The notes below the pieces were generated by a model. That model saw nothing but the letters and a program-made list of their open reading frames with translations. It searched no databases and was not told the DNA's origin. Of a stretch of DNA of 64,000 nucleotides, positions 12,230 through 26,232 are shown in pieces. Origin of the DNA: Octopus vulgaris (Eukaryota). The DNA lies in NCBI GenBank assembly GCA_951406725.2, contig OX597820.1, positions 123,690,001 to 123,754,000 on the forward strand, written 5' to 3'. Positions within the stretch are counted from its first letter, which is position 1, and each line of letters opens with the position of its first letter. The position numbers and the translations under genes were made by a program.

Positions 12230-13020
12230 AGCCGATTTATGAGGTTACCCTCAGTTTTACATCCGTAAAGTGCCTAGCTTCACAGCAGACAAAAGCGAAG
12301 GGTTGCACGTAAGGGATTTTCTTCTTTATACCATTATTAGTAACTGTCCTGATCGGCTGGTAGATCCCAGGACAGCAGTAGGAATTTTCTGAAGTGTAAG
12401 GGGGAACGAAGACTTCCCTCCAGATATTTAAGATGTTCCCCGGTTCGAGGGAGTTCTTTAATATTCTTGCCCGTTCAGCTATGCACAGCTTGCAACGCTT
12501 GCTCCTATTGGTGTAGGGGCCTGGTTTTTCTGGGATATTTCATTAGATTACTTGTGGAGTCCGTTCATCCTTCAGGCGCTACACATAGCTGGCCAAGGAC
12601 GTGGGCGTATCGCCTCTCCGGGATGCTGAATGAGGATCTCTGGTTGTAGAGGCGCTGCTTGAAGGTGTTTCTGAACATCCACTGTATCTTCATATACAGC
12701 TACTGGCGATAATGCGTTGAACCGGGAACATCTTAAATTCCAGAACTGAAGGTTTTACATCATGCTTGCACTTCAGAAGTTTCCTTCTGTAGTCCTGGGA
12801 CTCACAAGCCAATCAGCCAACTTACGGATATCAGTCGTAGGGAGACAATTCCTTGCGAATAAACCTCATTTGTCTATGTATTCAACAACTAGCCAAAAAG
12901 TTTTTCTCCTTCCACTTTGAAGAGAGGTTTCAGACCACCGATTCTTAGGACCTGAAGAAACGCTGTAAAGCTAGGCGCTTTATGGACGTGAAATCCAAAG
13001 TAACCCTATAGACCGGCCTT
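12230..13020 (-). mobile_element. Penelope-like element remnant: GIY-YIG endonuclease C-terminus with inverted pseudo-LTR arms
   Basis: Minus strand about 12370-12675 reads, with frameshifts, NTFKQRLYNQRSSF...SLASYV*RLK...PYTNRSKRCKLCIAERARI...LNIWREVF...HFRKFLL, matching the C-terminal part of the PLE endonuclease. 12230-12445 and 12720-13020 are diverged inverted copies. Confidence 0.75.
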
Positions 13021-14149
13021 AACTATCTTTATCTACTTAAAGTTTTTGTAGAGTATATGTATGCGGTCATACTCCTGAAAAACCGAAGAACTTTCATTAA
13101 AAGTTTTAAATCTACAGCGAACCGCCGAAGTCAGCGTGAAACATAGTATCATACATACTGTTTCTTAGAAATGTAATGGGATTCCGTCCATCTGGCCACA
13201 CGAACACAAACATAAATACATAGTCAGAGGAGTGGTCATGTATCTTGAGTGGTCACTGAACACAACCAGCAACAAAATTCAGACCAAACTTATTCGCCAA
13301 TCAAGAATATTATATTTAATTTGACTATCAGCGTGTCAATCTATATCTCTAGCTAACTGTTTTTCTACAACTGATATCATGGATAAGCCTTTTAATCTAT
13401 CAAAAAATATAAACAACAACAGCGCACCCACCAACTAGGCCAATCTGAAGCCATTTTGATAACTAAGGTTATCCCACTATAATATCCATCCATCCATCCA
13501 TCCATCCAGCCAGCCACCCAGCCACCCAGCCAGCCACCCAGCCAGCAAGCTAGCCAGCCAGCTCTCTATCTATCTACGATATACCAGTTTATTTTTTCTT
13601 CCTTTCTATCTATCTGGTCTGTCAACAGATAATAAATAGTACTTTACAAACAACTGAACACTTCTTGTTTGTTGAATGTCAATCTGATTAACAAGAATAT
13701 ACTTTGAAAACGTCATGATAGTGTGATATTCGTCTTGTGAAAGGAATGTATACAGACGTCTAGTGCTAAAAGCAAACAAATGTTAATAGTTGACAAAACA
13801 TGTCCAACACCATCGGGAACTGCTACTTCACGTGATTTCTGCGTGTTTGTATAAAATTAGCAATAGTTATCCACTCTTTGTCTTGAGAAAACGTCTCGTA
13901 TAATGATAAGTAGCTGTGGACATTTTTACCGCTACTGATATTCCTGTGCTTTTGGCACTGTACAAGAGGCTTACTGGGGAAAAATACAGACGTTATGTAA
14001 GGCACACAGATTGCTGTTCGGTACTAATACTGCTTCCGCGATTCATTGATAATTCATACTGTTACATTTTCACACTTTTTTAACGTCATATAAACCCGGT
14101 AGATTTTATCTTTTAATAACTAATATCATTTTTGTATGTTTTTCTCTAT

Positions 14150-15463
14150 TGTTCTATAGTTAGCACGTCCTTCAGTTATTTTCCCTACTGACCGTTACGC
14201 TACCAGATCGACCTCCAACCTGCACCAGTGAGGAATAACGGGACACATGAGATCAAAGTGTACCCAGACACACGATAAAGATATAGAGGAACAGAAGCAG
14301 CAGGGCACCGAGCGGGAGCAGAGTGACGATGTGGCGGCTCCAGTGAATGAGAAGTGTTCGGAGAGGAAGGAGGAGGAGCGTACGGTGGTGGATCGGAAGC
14401 GAAGCAGAAGGGCGCCGAACGGGAGCAGACTGACTAAGAGGCAGCCCCAGTGAGTGAAGCTAACTACAGAACTTTATCCTGAGAGTACCAAGGCAATTGT
14501 AATTTCACAAGGAGAGGTGTGAGAGAATGAGAGAATTGGTGGGAAATAAGATAGACCCAACGGTCTATCTTATCTCACTAACGCGTGGAGTTCGAGGACT
14601 TGCCGCCAGTCATAGATTAGTTGAGGAAAATGTAAGTAATGATTTGAAATTCCAATGACTGTAAAAGAGATGCAAAAAAGCAAAAAAAGAGAAAAAAGAA
14701 AAATGATATAAAAACGTTAAACTAAAACACTTAAATGATATTGCTTGCGAGTGGGGAGCAGGCAACCATTTCACATTCATTATTATAATTCATCCTCCAT
14801 TCGTTCGTTCTGTGTTGTTCTGTCCCGACTGTGATGCTCTCCCTGTCCTTGTGCTGTCCCGTTTGTGTACGAGCCTGGCTGCTTAATGCAGAGATGCGTT
14901 GAGAGCGGTGCAGTTACCAGCGTTGATCGCCCATATTGGTTACTGCGTGAGTTTAATATCGTAACTACGTTTGAAGTAGGACGGACTGCGTTCTGTGTGA
15001 ACATATTAATTCTGCGAGAGGGTATTCTAGATAACTATATCGAAATATTTACTTGGCTAATACTATTCTTACCCCGAGGTGTGCATCTCTCGCGATAACA
15101 TTATTTTGACAACGAGATATTCGAGCCTTTGCTGGACAGCTCGTTCTTTGAACACGGAAGAGGTATTAGCATCAGGCATTCAATTACAGAAACAAAAACA
15201 GACAGCAGTATCGACAATAGTTTCAACAGCAGCAACAATAGCAGTTGTTGGAATTTCAGAAGCAATAACAACTGTTAATTCAATTGAATGCAGAACAAAA
15301 CAGAAAATGCATCCAGTTCGTCCATCCCTGACACGGTCAAAAACTCCATCGGAGAATTTGTATATAACCCAAATGAGGATACTAACATTCCCGCTTACGA
15401 AAAGTATGAGGAAATTTAAAAATAAGAATGCTCTGGCTGGCAAAACGAAACAAAGGACAGGTT
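14150..15463 (+). mobile_element. Gypsy-type LTR retrotransposon 5' remnant (putative LTR, decayed PBS, gag N-terminus)
   Basis: 15154-15463 reads, with shifts, (M)EEVLASGIQLQKQ..QQQQQ*QLLEFQKQ*QLLIQL MQNKTEN...NSIGEFVYNPNEDT...YEEI...CSGWQNETKDRL, resembling Mag/K02A2.6-type gag. It is preceded by ...ATAACA then TTTGACAACGAG (PBS-like). The LTR start is uncertain. Confidence 0.55.
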
Positions 15464-15464
15464 A

Positions 15465-15855
15465 CACACCAGTCATATCAACTAATTCGTCAATTTTTCG
15501 GCGACGGTCCTCCAAGATCAGTTCACGGATTTTCGTAATGTTTTCATTCATTCGAAAAGGTTGACATTCTCCTTCAGCGAGGTTGGTCTTCAATCGACAA
15601 GGGATCATTCCTAAAGGGTGAAAACCACTCGTAAACTGGTGTTTTGCTCATGGAAACGTCCTACTAAGCTGTCCCATCGCAAACATAGAGGAACACGGGA
15701 GAAGGACTGCAAAATAAAGACACACCACCCGGTAGTACGACTATGTATCGACGACGCCGTTCGGCAGACTGTTGCTTGAGGGTTGCATCAAATATCTTCT
15801 AGCGGCGGAAGCCCGAACCACAGAACGTTTCCGGTTAGTTTTGAGTATCCCCTCG
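15465..15855 (-). mobile_element. Mariner remnant (5' end), same family as 41664-42492
   Basis: Terminus ...TTTTGAGTATCCCCTCG|TA, transposase N-terminal fragments, and clear similarity to 42050-42492. Confidence 0.7.
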
Positions 15856-16518
15856 TATACGTAATTATGCACATCTACTATGTATATATACATAGATAGA
15901 CATGAATTTACGTATTCATGTAAAAAATATGATACACAAGAGTTAGACTGAGAAGGAGAAAGACCATTAAGTGAGAACTTATTGAGGAATTACTCTCTGA
16001 AAAAGATTGTTTTTCTTCAATATTAAACAGCATCAATTTTTAAAAAAATGAATGCCCAAACATTCCCCGTTAATCACCAGAGTCTATATTAAAATCTAAG
16101 ACCAGCCTCTCTAATATAAGATTAGTTAATATACACAACGCCCAGAAGCGATACAGAATATTCTCAAAAATTAATGAAATTCATTGTTCTCAACTCCGAA
16201 AGCGAAAATATGAAATGTGTTTTGTAATTTTCTTTTGTTAGACGAAAAGCAATACAATAAATGCCTTTGCTTCACGCATCAGCGAGAAGTATTTACTTTA
16301 CTCCATAATTACGCTTAATATGAAATTGGCTCTAGGATGTTGTTATCATTTTCACTACTCTTAAAATTCAAGCAATGATGTTTCCAGCAAATTGTTGGCA
16401 TTTGTTTTTGAGTGCGGGCGAGCGCGGGTCTGTCGATGTGCATGTATGCGTGAATGTGTGAGTAAAAACATTAAGAGGAAGGAAAGAAGTGGAAGAGAGA
16501 GAGAAAGAGAAAGACATA

Positions 16519-16554
<36 letters not shown>

Positions 16555-16861
16555 ACGTGTAAGTTTGTTTGCGCGCCGCGTGATTGAAATGTAAGAAAAA
16601 CTACTGGAAAAACGTACAACAGAACTGAAAGTCATTAATTCACGAAGGTAAGAATCAGGGATAAACCGATGATTAGGGAAATTGTTATAATTGTGTTATT
16701 ATGTTATCTGAAACATAGGCGTCGGCGTAGCTTTATGTTCATGAAGTTCGTTTCGCAACCAAGAGGTTTCCATTCAGTCTTTCCCTGGCCAGGCGACTTC
16801 TACTTTCGTATTTGCTGATCAAATGTATGCGAGTGAAATTGGCAGGAAGAAGCAGAGCGAA

Positions 16862-17210
<349 letters not shown>

Positions 17211-17212
17211 AC

Positions 17213-17938
17213 AAACGGGCTTGGGACAACAATAAGCTGACCAAGACCACGAAAATGAAGATCTACCAGGCATGTGTACTCAGCACTCTACTGTATGGAA
17301 GTGAGACCTGGACACTATACACACGCTAAGAGCGTCGCCTAAACATCTTTCACCTGCGCTGCCTCCGAAAAATCCTCCGCATCAAATGGCAGGATCATAT
17401 CCCCAACAAAGATGTCCTCAAGCAAGCAGGAATACCAAGCATGTTTGCACTCCTCACACAAAGACGTATGAGATGGCTTGGGCATGTTAGCCGTATGAAA
17501 GATGGCAGAATCCCCAAGGACATACTCTACGGATAACTTGCTAGGGGTACTAGGTCTGTGGGTAGACCGATATTACGTTACAATGATGTTTGCAAAAGGG
17601 ACATGAAGGCCTGCAACATCAATATTAGCAGTTGGGAGGCAGTTGCCGGCAACCGTGGAGAATGGCGACGTACCATAAGAGAGGAAATACAAAGAGTGAC
17701 AGAGAGAGAGAGAGGAGAAATGGAAAAAAAGGAAGAGACGTCAACAAGAGACTATGGCACTACAACCAGCCAGGAACAGTCTTCGCTACATTTGCGGTAC
17801 CTGCCAGAGGGAGTGTTTGTCCAGGATAGGACTACACAGCCACAGCAGGAAATGTATCAGGAAATGAAATATAAAAGCCAGACTAGACTACTTTGTGCGC
17901 AACTCCATTGTCTCCCGAGACAGAAAGGATGCCAACCA
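17213..17938 (+). mobile_element. RTE/BovB-like LINE 3' remnant
   Basis: [38 protein letters not shown]...RRMRWLGHVSRMKDGRIPKDILYG*L..G.R..GRP.LRY.DVCKRDMK, then terminal zinc finger CGTC..CLSRIGLHSH; contains stops. Confidence 0.92.
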
Positions 17939-18104
17939 TATATATATGTATATATATGTGTATATATTTATAAATACTGTGTGTGTGTGCGTGTGTATGT
18001 ATGTCATTCAGTTTTCTCTCAAGATTTCAATTGAAAAAGTTCCGGTTTCTAATCTAGATCCAGGGCTCCTTCATTGGAATTTCAACATCTACAGGAGGGT
18101 ATTT

Positions 18105-18826
18105 TAGATTGTCTAATGGAATTAAAAATTATTTTTATGCATTTCTGTACATTTAATCTAATTAAATATTATTTTACAGAATAATAGAATTGATTTTGTT
18201 TTATTAAAACCTTTTCTAACATGGAAGTATCCAAAGAGCATTTGAGGCACATAATAATTTATAAGTACAAAAAAGGAAACTTTGCAGCCGAAGCGATTCG
18301 AATCATACACTCAGTTTATGGGAAAGAATACTAGAATGAAAGTACTTTCAGAAGGTGATTGGTAAAACTCAGAAGTTGAGATTTCAGCCTTGAAGATGAA
18401 GATCGAACAGGAAGTCCAGTTGAGTTTCATGATAAGCTCCTTGAGGCATTACTTGAAGAAAAACCAGCATTATCAGTTGCGGAATTGGCAATAAAGTTTA
18501 GTTGAACCCATACAAATGTTCATCGTCATTTTCAACAACTTTAGAAGGTTCCTAAACTTGGTAAATAGATGCCTCATGAATTGTCTGAATGCAACCGCAA
18601 ATCCTGAGTTGACATCTGCTCATCTCTCCATTCTCGCGAACTCATTTCACCCGTTTTCTATAGACTTGTGACTGGTGACGAAAAATGGATCCTCTATCGC
18701 AATGTTACTCATCGTAAATAGTGGTTTGGTAAAAGGGAAATAACTCAACCACATCTGAGAAGGGAACTTCATGGGAAAAAGGTTCTTCCCTTTATCTGGT
18801 GGGATTGCAAAAGAGTAATAATTTCC
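18105..18826 (+). mobile_element. Mariner transposase pseudogene (truncated)
   Basis: From 18221: MEVSKEHLRH...DFSLEDEDRTGSP...*MPHELS...LVTGDEKWILY...LHGKKVL..WWDCK, with multiple stops. Confidence 0.9.
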
Positions 18827-19220
18827 ATTCTCTTCGGGACAGTTTAGTCAATTCTGTCACTACTCTGACCAAATACACACATGCTGAAGTAGACACCGAA
18901 ATTCGATGCGGATATATTTGTGGTATTTGTATGTAATCATAGATTTGCATTTGCTTTGCTTTGGGTATGTATAAATATCTCATTCATTTCCCTCAGTATG
19001 CCTTGCTGGTGAGAAAAAACTATTAAACTAATCGAGAAATTGATTAATCCAAGGCTAAGTTTTTTATGAATTTCTCAATTTCCACACGTGTGTTCTATAA
19101 AATTGATAATATTAAGTGGTTTGACGATTTAGCATCTATTTTCTGCATAAGCATGGTCTCTTCTGTGCCTTTAATTATAATTGCATTATAAATCTCTCTC
19201 TCTCCCTCTCTTTCTTTCTT

Positions 19221-19277
<57 letters not shown>

Positions 19278-19280
19278 GGA

Positions 19281-19600
19281 GGAGCACTCCGTCGGTTACG
19301 ACGACGAGGGTCCCAGCTGATACGATCAACGGAACAGCTTGCTCGTGAAATTAACGTGCAAGTGGCTGAGCACTCCACAGACACGTGTACCCCTAACGTA
19401 GTTCTCATGGAGATTCAGCATGACGCAGAGTGGGACAAGGGCGGCCTTTGAGATAGAGGTACAACTAATTTTTGCCAGGTGAATGGACTGGAGCAATGTG
19501 AAATAAAATGTCTTGCTCAAGGACACAACGCGTCGACGGGAATTGAAATCACGACCTTACAATCGTGAGGCGAATGCCCTAACCACTAAGCCACGTGCCT
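19281..19600 (-). mobile_element. tRNA-derived SINE, family A
   Basis: tRNA-like head at about 19540-19600; 3' end CGTCGTCGTAACCGACGGAGTGCTCC; homologous to 23278, 31130 and 39490. Confidence 0.85.
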
Positions 19601-19627
19601 TCACACGTATATATACACACACGTGTA

Positions 19628-19784
<157 letters not shown>

Positions 19785-21279
19785 TATGTGTATTCTGTGT
19801 GTGTGCGTGTGTGTGTGTGTGCATCAATATGACACACTGAAATACGCTTATTGATTGGGAAAATAATAAGTCCTTAGAGATGGCTTATCTGTAGATTGAT
19901 AAATATTTCGGATATTAATAATTTAAAAGAAATGTGTTTACAAGAATACAAAAACAGAAAGTAGAATTAGAGAGAGAGGAGGGAGAGGTACGGAGAGCAA
20001 TGGGGAAAGAGACATAGGGAGAGTGCGAGAGAGAGATAGATAGAGAGAGCAGGAATGAGGAACAGAGAATCTGAGAGGAATAGAGATATGATAATTTGGA
20101 ATCGGATATGAAACAAACACAACCACTAAATGAAAATCTATTCTACAAAAACGAAGACAGTGAAGGTGAAATAAATATAAGGAATAAGTCAATTAAAGGT
20201 GTCACCAGGAAAGTGAAAGAACTATATAAATATAGACACAACGATAGATGAGAGAAGATATACTGTAGAGATAGTATGTAGGTGGTATTCGAAGATTAAA
20301 GGCGGGAGTGAAGGGAAGAGGCGAATAATGGAAGAAGTATTCGGAATATGAAGAAAAAAGAAACAAAATGATTTACTTTCGTTTTAAGTCCAATTCCTTG
20401 ACGTAGAACGTTTCTCTGATTAAAAGTCATAAAAAGCAGCACTAAAGAAGCCGTGACTAAGTTATATCTCTAATATGCGTGAAAGAGATAAATATTCTCT
20501 TTGTGATAAGAAGGTAGAAAAAGCTCAATCAGCAACGAAGAAAAAGGAAAAAAAAAAATCAAAACAAAACAAAATCAAAAACAACGTTAAAAAAAACAAC
20601 AGCAAAAGAAAGTCATTGTTTCCTCGCGGCTGAACTTGTCAGGTAATTTATTAATCTTACAATGTTTTCTTGTAACTGATTATTATTACTTAGCTCTTTC
20701 ATATTTCCATAGATTTTTTCCCCTTGAAATTAATATCAGTTCTAATGGCATTCTATTCTTTTTTTCATTTCGAGGTATATTTTATATTTTTGACCATTGC
20801 TAATAAATAGTATCAGTGAGCAATTTGATTTGTTACGTGTTTTGTCCGTGGTAGAAAACCGATGTATTGATTAGGCAAGTATAGACGAATTGACACGCCC
20901 CCTCTATCAAAGAACTGAAATATTTATAGAAACATAGCTATAGAGTTATATGCTAATTACTGCTATAATAACAGAGTTGCGTCTCGCGTGTTCGATTCCT
21001 CTTTGTCTCTGGGGACTGATAAAATAACTATTATTTACACGCCATGACATGTGGCAGCATTACTAGTAACAGTAGTAGCCAGTGTAATGACCCACAAGCG
21101 ACTAAATCGATAAGTTTTTCTTTATTATAAATCTCTAGTGCCCGCAGTTAAATATTTAATTCGAGATGTTCATTTATTTTAGTTCATTAACTCCAATGTA
21201 TAGCATTAGTTCATGTCTGCCACATCAAGCCAACAAGAAACACTAGCTCATGACTAATCATGAAATGATTGTGGAATGT

Positions 21280-21635
21280 CTTTCTTCCTTTTATTTGTTT
21301 CAGTCATCGAACTGCGGCCATACTGGGGTGCCACCTTGGAGTAATTAGTCGAATAAATCGACGGCAGTCTGGTTGAACTGCTAAGATAAGGAGACGTGTA
21401 CAAACCAACCCCTTTTGTCAAGAGGTGATGCAGGACAAACAAAGCCACAAAGACACACACACACAAACACACATACATATGCATGACAGGCTTCCTTTTA
21501 GTTTCTATTTACCAAATTTTTTCATAAAGCATTGAACAACTGGGCCGATAGTAGATATTTACTTATGGTGCCGCATAGTGTGGATTGAGCCAAAAACTGA
21601 AGCAAAGTAGGCTTCTTCGCCACGCATCCATGCCA
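21280..21635 (-). mobile_element. SINE family B, decayed
   Basis: Reverse-complement similarity to 22643-23080. Confidence 0.65.
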
Positions 21636-22642
21636 GCATCTAGTACACCGGGCGAAATACGATATCTAGTCTTACAAATAATAAATTCTCCTGATTCAGA
21701 GAGGAAATTGATGAGTTTTAATCATAGAAGTGGTACCACGAATAAATTGTTACTTGCTGTTTTCAAATGTTTATGTTTTAATATTGTCACTTTATGCCAG
21801 GCAGGTGGGCACGCGCACACATACATAATGTATGCAAGTGATAATTTAACTAGGTGAAGACTCCTGACCAAGACCAGTCGTTTCACGGTTTGTTGACAAG
21901 TGGTCAGAGAACACGTACTCAACTTTCATCCCTAATCAATAATATAGATAAATTAATGTATAAAGAAGTTATGAATTAGGCTAACACCATGGTGAATAAA
22001 ACAACTTACATAACTTTTGACGGTTTGTTATTAATAAAACATTATTTTATGCACAACAAAAATTACTCTTAAAAACGAATTTAAACGTAACAAAAGTTCA
22101 CAAGGAGGAAACTAAGAATGCAAATTGCATTCTTTCAAAGCTGTTGATATATAGATAATTAAAATAAATAAAATAAAATAAACGGAAGTGTAAGATTCCT
22201 AGCCAACCGTTTTACAATTTACTAACGTTTCAGAAACCGTAGTGATTTCAAAAAGAACAGTTGATGATGAGCTGTCTATTGTTCATTATTGTAATGTGTG
22301 TGTAGTTATTTAAAAGGTCCCTTTTTTGTTTCAGTTTTGAGTGTATTCTTCATCACATTGATTATACTCCCATATTTTGTCCTAGTATTTTTAGAGATCT
22401 CCTATTGTGTTGTATGGGGACAGGGTTAGCTTTATTGTTTATGTTGTTGCTTCATTTTATGCTAAGATTTATTAGGTTATTATATTTAATGGAAGTGTTT
22501 AATTGGTTATTTATAAAAATTACTAATTATTTCGTTATGGTCGACTTCTTCTCACACGCATGATTTCAATGTTAAAATAATATTATTTTAAAGAACACTT
22601 CATACTAAGTGAATATTAACTGAAATGTTAATATATATACCA

Positions 22643-22810
22643 GCAGGAGTGGCTGTGTGGTAAGTAGCTTGTTTACCAACCACATGGTTCCGGGTTCAAT
22701 TCAACTGCGTGGCACCTTGGGCAAGTGTCTTCTACTATAGCCTCGGGCCGACCAAAGCCTTGTGAGTGGATTTTGTAGACGGAAACTGAAAGAAGCCTGC
22801 CGTATATATG

Positions 22811-22870
<60 letters not shown>

Positions 22871-23080
22871 TGTGTGTTTGTGTGTATGTGTTTGTCCCCC
22901 TAGCATTGCTTGACAACCGATTCTGGTGTGTTCATGTCCCCGTTACTTAGCGGTTCGGCAAAAGAGACCGATAGAATAAGTACTGGGCTTACAAAAGAAT
23001 AAGTCCCGGGGTCGAGTTGCTCGATTAAAGGCGGTGCTCCAGCATGGTCGCAGTCAAATGACTGAAACAAGTAAAAGAGT
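22643..23080 (+). mobile_element. tRNA-derived SINE, family B, with internal (AT)/(GT) microsatellite
   Basis: Head with A/B-box-like TGGCTGTGTGG and GGTTCAATTC; body nearly identical to 27700-28126; ends GAAACAAGTAAAAGAG. Confidence 0.88.
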
Positions 23081-23277
23081 AGACTGATCGTAGAGTGAAA
23101 AAAAACATTTCAAAGCAATCTTACTAGTTGAGCCCATCTCAAGCATCCCGTATTTCTGATGAAGAATTCATTCTCTTTATATAAAAATGAGTAGATAAAA
23201 TTTATCTCGCGTTCAACAAATTGATAAGTAAAGCTTGCTCGATGCGCACTTTTCTATGCATTATAATTTACAATTGT

Positions 23278-23643
23278 TGTGGTTAGGGCAGCGGACTCGC
23301 GGTCATAGGATCGCGGTTTCGATTCCCGACCGGCCGTTGTAAGTGTTTATTGAGCGAAAACACCTAAAGCTCCACGAGGCTCCGGCAGGGGATGGTGGTG
23401 ATCCCTGCTGTACTCTTTCAGCACAACTTTCTCTCACTCTTACTTCCTGTTTCTGTTGTACCTGTATTTCAAAGGGCCGGCCTTGTTACTCTCTGTGTCA
23501 CGCTGAATATCCCCGAGAACTACGTTAAGGGTGCACGTGTCTGTGGAGTGCTCAGCCACTTACACATTAATTTCACGAGCAGGCTGTTCCGTTGATTCGG
23601 ATCAACCGGAACCCTCGTCGTCGTAACCGACGGAGTGCTTCCA
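23278..23643 (+). mobile_element. tRNA-derived SINE, family A
   Basis: Head TGTGGTTAGGGCAGCG...GGTTTCGATTCCC; family A 3' end. Confidence 0.85.
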
Positions 23644-24266
23644 TCCCATCCAATTCACAATTGTACATCACCAACTTTGCTAAAACATATTCCTGAGATC
23701 AAATTACATTACTACAGTGACCGACTCTCTTTTCTTTTAGCATATACATCAGACTCTCCTTTCATCCTTTGAAAGTCTCAAAATAAACTCCTCTGTCAAT
23801 CTGTTGTTTCGCTTTTCGTCTCTCCTTGCTGTTTTTAAAGTACAGCATTTTTAAAACTCTTTTCCTTCTTTTCTTTATTTGCTCATATAACTGTGTGTTC
23901 TGCTCTTCCTTTGATTAGATCCACTGTCTAGCCTAACTCATTTCTTCTTTCTCTCAGCATATTCATAATTGTTCACTGACCTTCGAGAATTCCATTATGT
24001 TCAGCACTTACATTTCCACCTTCCCTTTATTTCCATTCCTTTCGTCCGTTATCCACTTCATATGTCGGCGTCAGCGACGCCGGACGCTTTCGACTCAACT
24101 CCATCACTGTGTACATATCTTTATACTTTTGTTCTATTTCTCTCTGCTTTCAACTGCAGACATACATAGATACATACACACACATATACATATATATTTA
24201 TACACTCACCCACACCCACACGTGTATGTGTGTAGATATATGAATACATATCAATTTTTCAAAGTG

Positions 24267-24308
<42 letters not shown>

Positions 24309-25094
24309 CACATATATGCACACATATATAATCTATGTAAGTATATGTAGTCTGTATCTTACTTTAATTCTTTCGTTTTCTCTTTCTCTCCATTACTCAT
24401 CGTTTTCCCCTGAAGTCCTGCAGCTATATCCTTGACTATAGCAAATCCGCATGTTTCAATGTTGAACAATGCATACTAATTTGTTTCCTGTATCAGACAG
24501 ACAGATGACGTAATTTCCGTATATTTGTAATTGAAAAAAAAAAACTGGGAAGCATAGAGAAGGACACAACCAAAACTGAAAATACCGTTATTTCAGCATT
24601 TGAACATTTTCTTACATGCTTACTAGACTACACATCGGTTGACTTAGTCGGTTGATTGCATCTAGCCCTTCTTAAACAGCTGGTATGTGTTTTGTAGATC
24701 CTGTACATGCAGAAAGACATAACGAAGCTTAGAATGAATGTAGATGGTCCACAAATAAATTATATGTTGAAAAAAAAAAATAAACAGAGAGAGAGAGGGA
24801 AAGAGAGAAAGAAAGAGAATATAAAATACTTTCAAACACTATGTCTACCACATTACCGTACACTAATTTAAGGAGCGGTACCACTGACTAGAATATTAGC
24901 GCAACAGTATGGTTTATCTACTACGATTTGATTTAGGCACGTTGCCAGCAATTCTGAGAGGAGCTTGTGGGTCGATATCATCAATTCCAGTTTTTAACTG
25001 ATACTTTATTTCATCGATACCGAAAGTTTGAAAGGTAGAGTAACCAGAGTGGAATTTGAATTCTGAATGTAAAATGTCAGAATGTAAAATTACC

Positions 25095-25296
25095 TATTTC
25101 TTTACTACCCACAAGGGTCTAAAAACAGCGGGAACAAACAAGGAGAGACAGACTGATTAAGTCGATTATATCGACACCTGAAAGGATGAAAGGCAAAGTC
25201 GACCTCGGCGGAATTTGAACTCAGAACCTAGCGGCAGACGAAACACCGCAAAGCATTTCGCCCGGTGTGCTAACGATTCTGCCAGCTCGCCGCCTT
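25095..25296 (-). mobile_element. SINE family C
   Basis: Reverse complement of AAGGCGGCGAGCTGGCAGAA...GTTCAAATTCCGCCGAGGTCGACTTTGCCTTTCATCC. Confidence 0.85.
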
Positions 25297-26232
25297 GCCA
25301 GACTGTAAAATTACCGTTAAGTATTTTTATCGACGTTTTAATGATTTTCCAGTTCACCGCCTTATGTTCATTTTAATAAAAAAAAACTGGTATAGAGCCC
25401 AGCATGATGTAATGCAAATGTTTTCCCGGTAAGGCTTGAACTAAAACATAAAATAAGTCGAGACCTATTTTCTGTATTGCACTTTAACAAATACCACCAC
25501 CTTTAATAATCTCTGAAAGGGCCAAAATGTCCCCCAGTTGCTGGAAACGTATAATCAATATAAATCTACGGCTATACCTGATTGTTACTTAATTCCAGGG
25601 ACCTCGTGAATATGGAAGTAAAAGTCAATTACGGGGGAGAGGTGTTAACATAAGGAGACGCTACTAAATACCACAATTCTGTCCAAGTCACTATCGATTT
25701 TCCAAGTTCACTGCTTCTTACACTAATACGATATGCACTCAGCTATTTCACGTCTACAACATTATGGCTTGAGACGGTAATAGTTTCAGAGGATGTATGA
25801 AGTTGATTTGTAAATAGCATGAGTAAATGGAAAGCTAACCTAACATATTCTAATGAAGTATTGCTATGAAGTATTATGATCAATAAATAAATATTTCAAT
25901 TTATCCGTTTCTCTTATTCCGTTAAAACCTGGTGTCTTTAGTAGGACACGATAACTGATGAATATATTATTAAATTCAATCAACATAAAGTAAGACATCT
26001 CTTAAAAATATATTAGAAACTTAGCAAAGAATTATGATGGCATACGCCACTTAGTGGAAACACTATTAAGAATCGGTTGCGACTTTTAGAATGAGGGATT
26101 AAAGATTGTATAGTAATATTTGTGACGGTTTTTAATTTAGGATCAAGGCTAGTAAATTTGAGGAGAGAGTTAGTCGATACCATTACTCCGCCTAATAGTT
26201 TATAAGTTTATAATATATGAAAATCTACTTAA

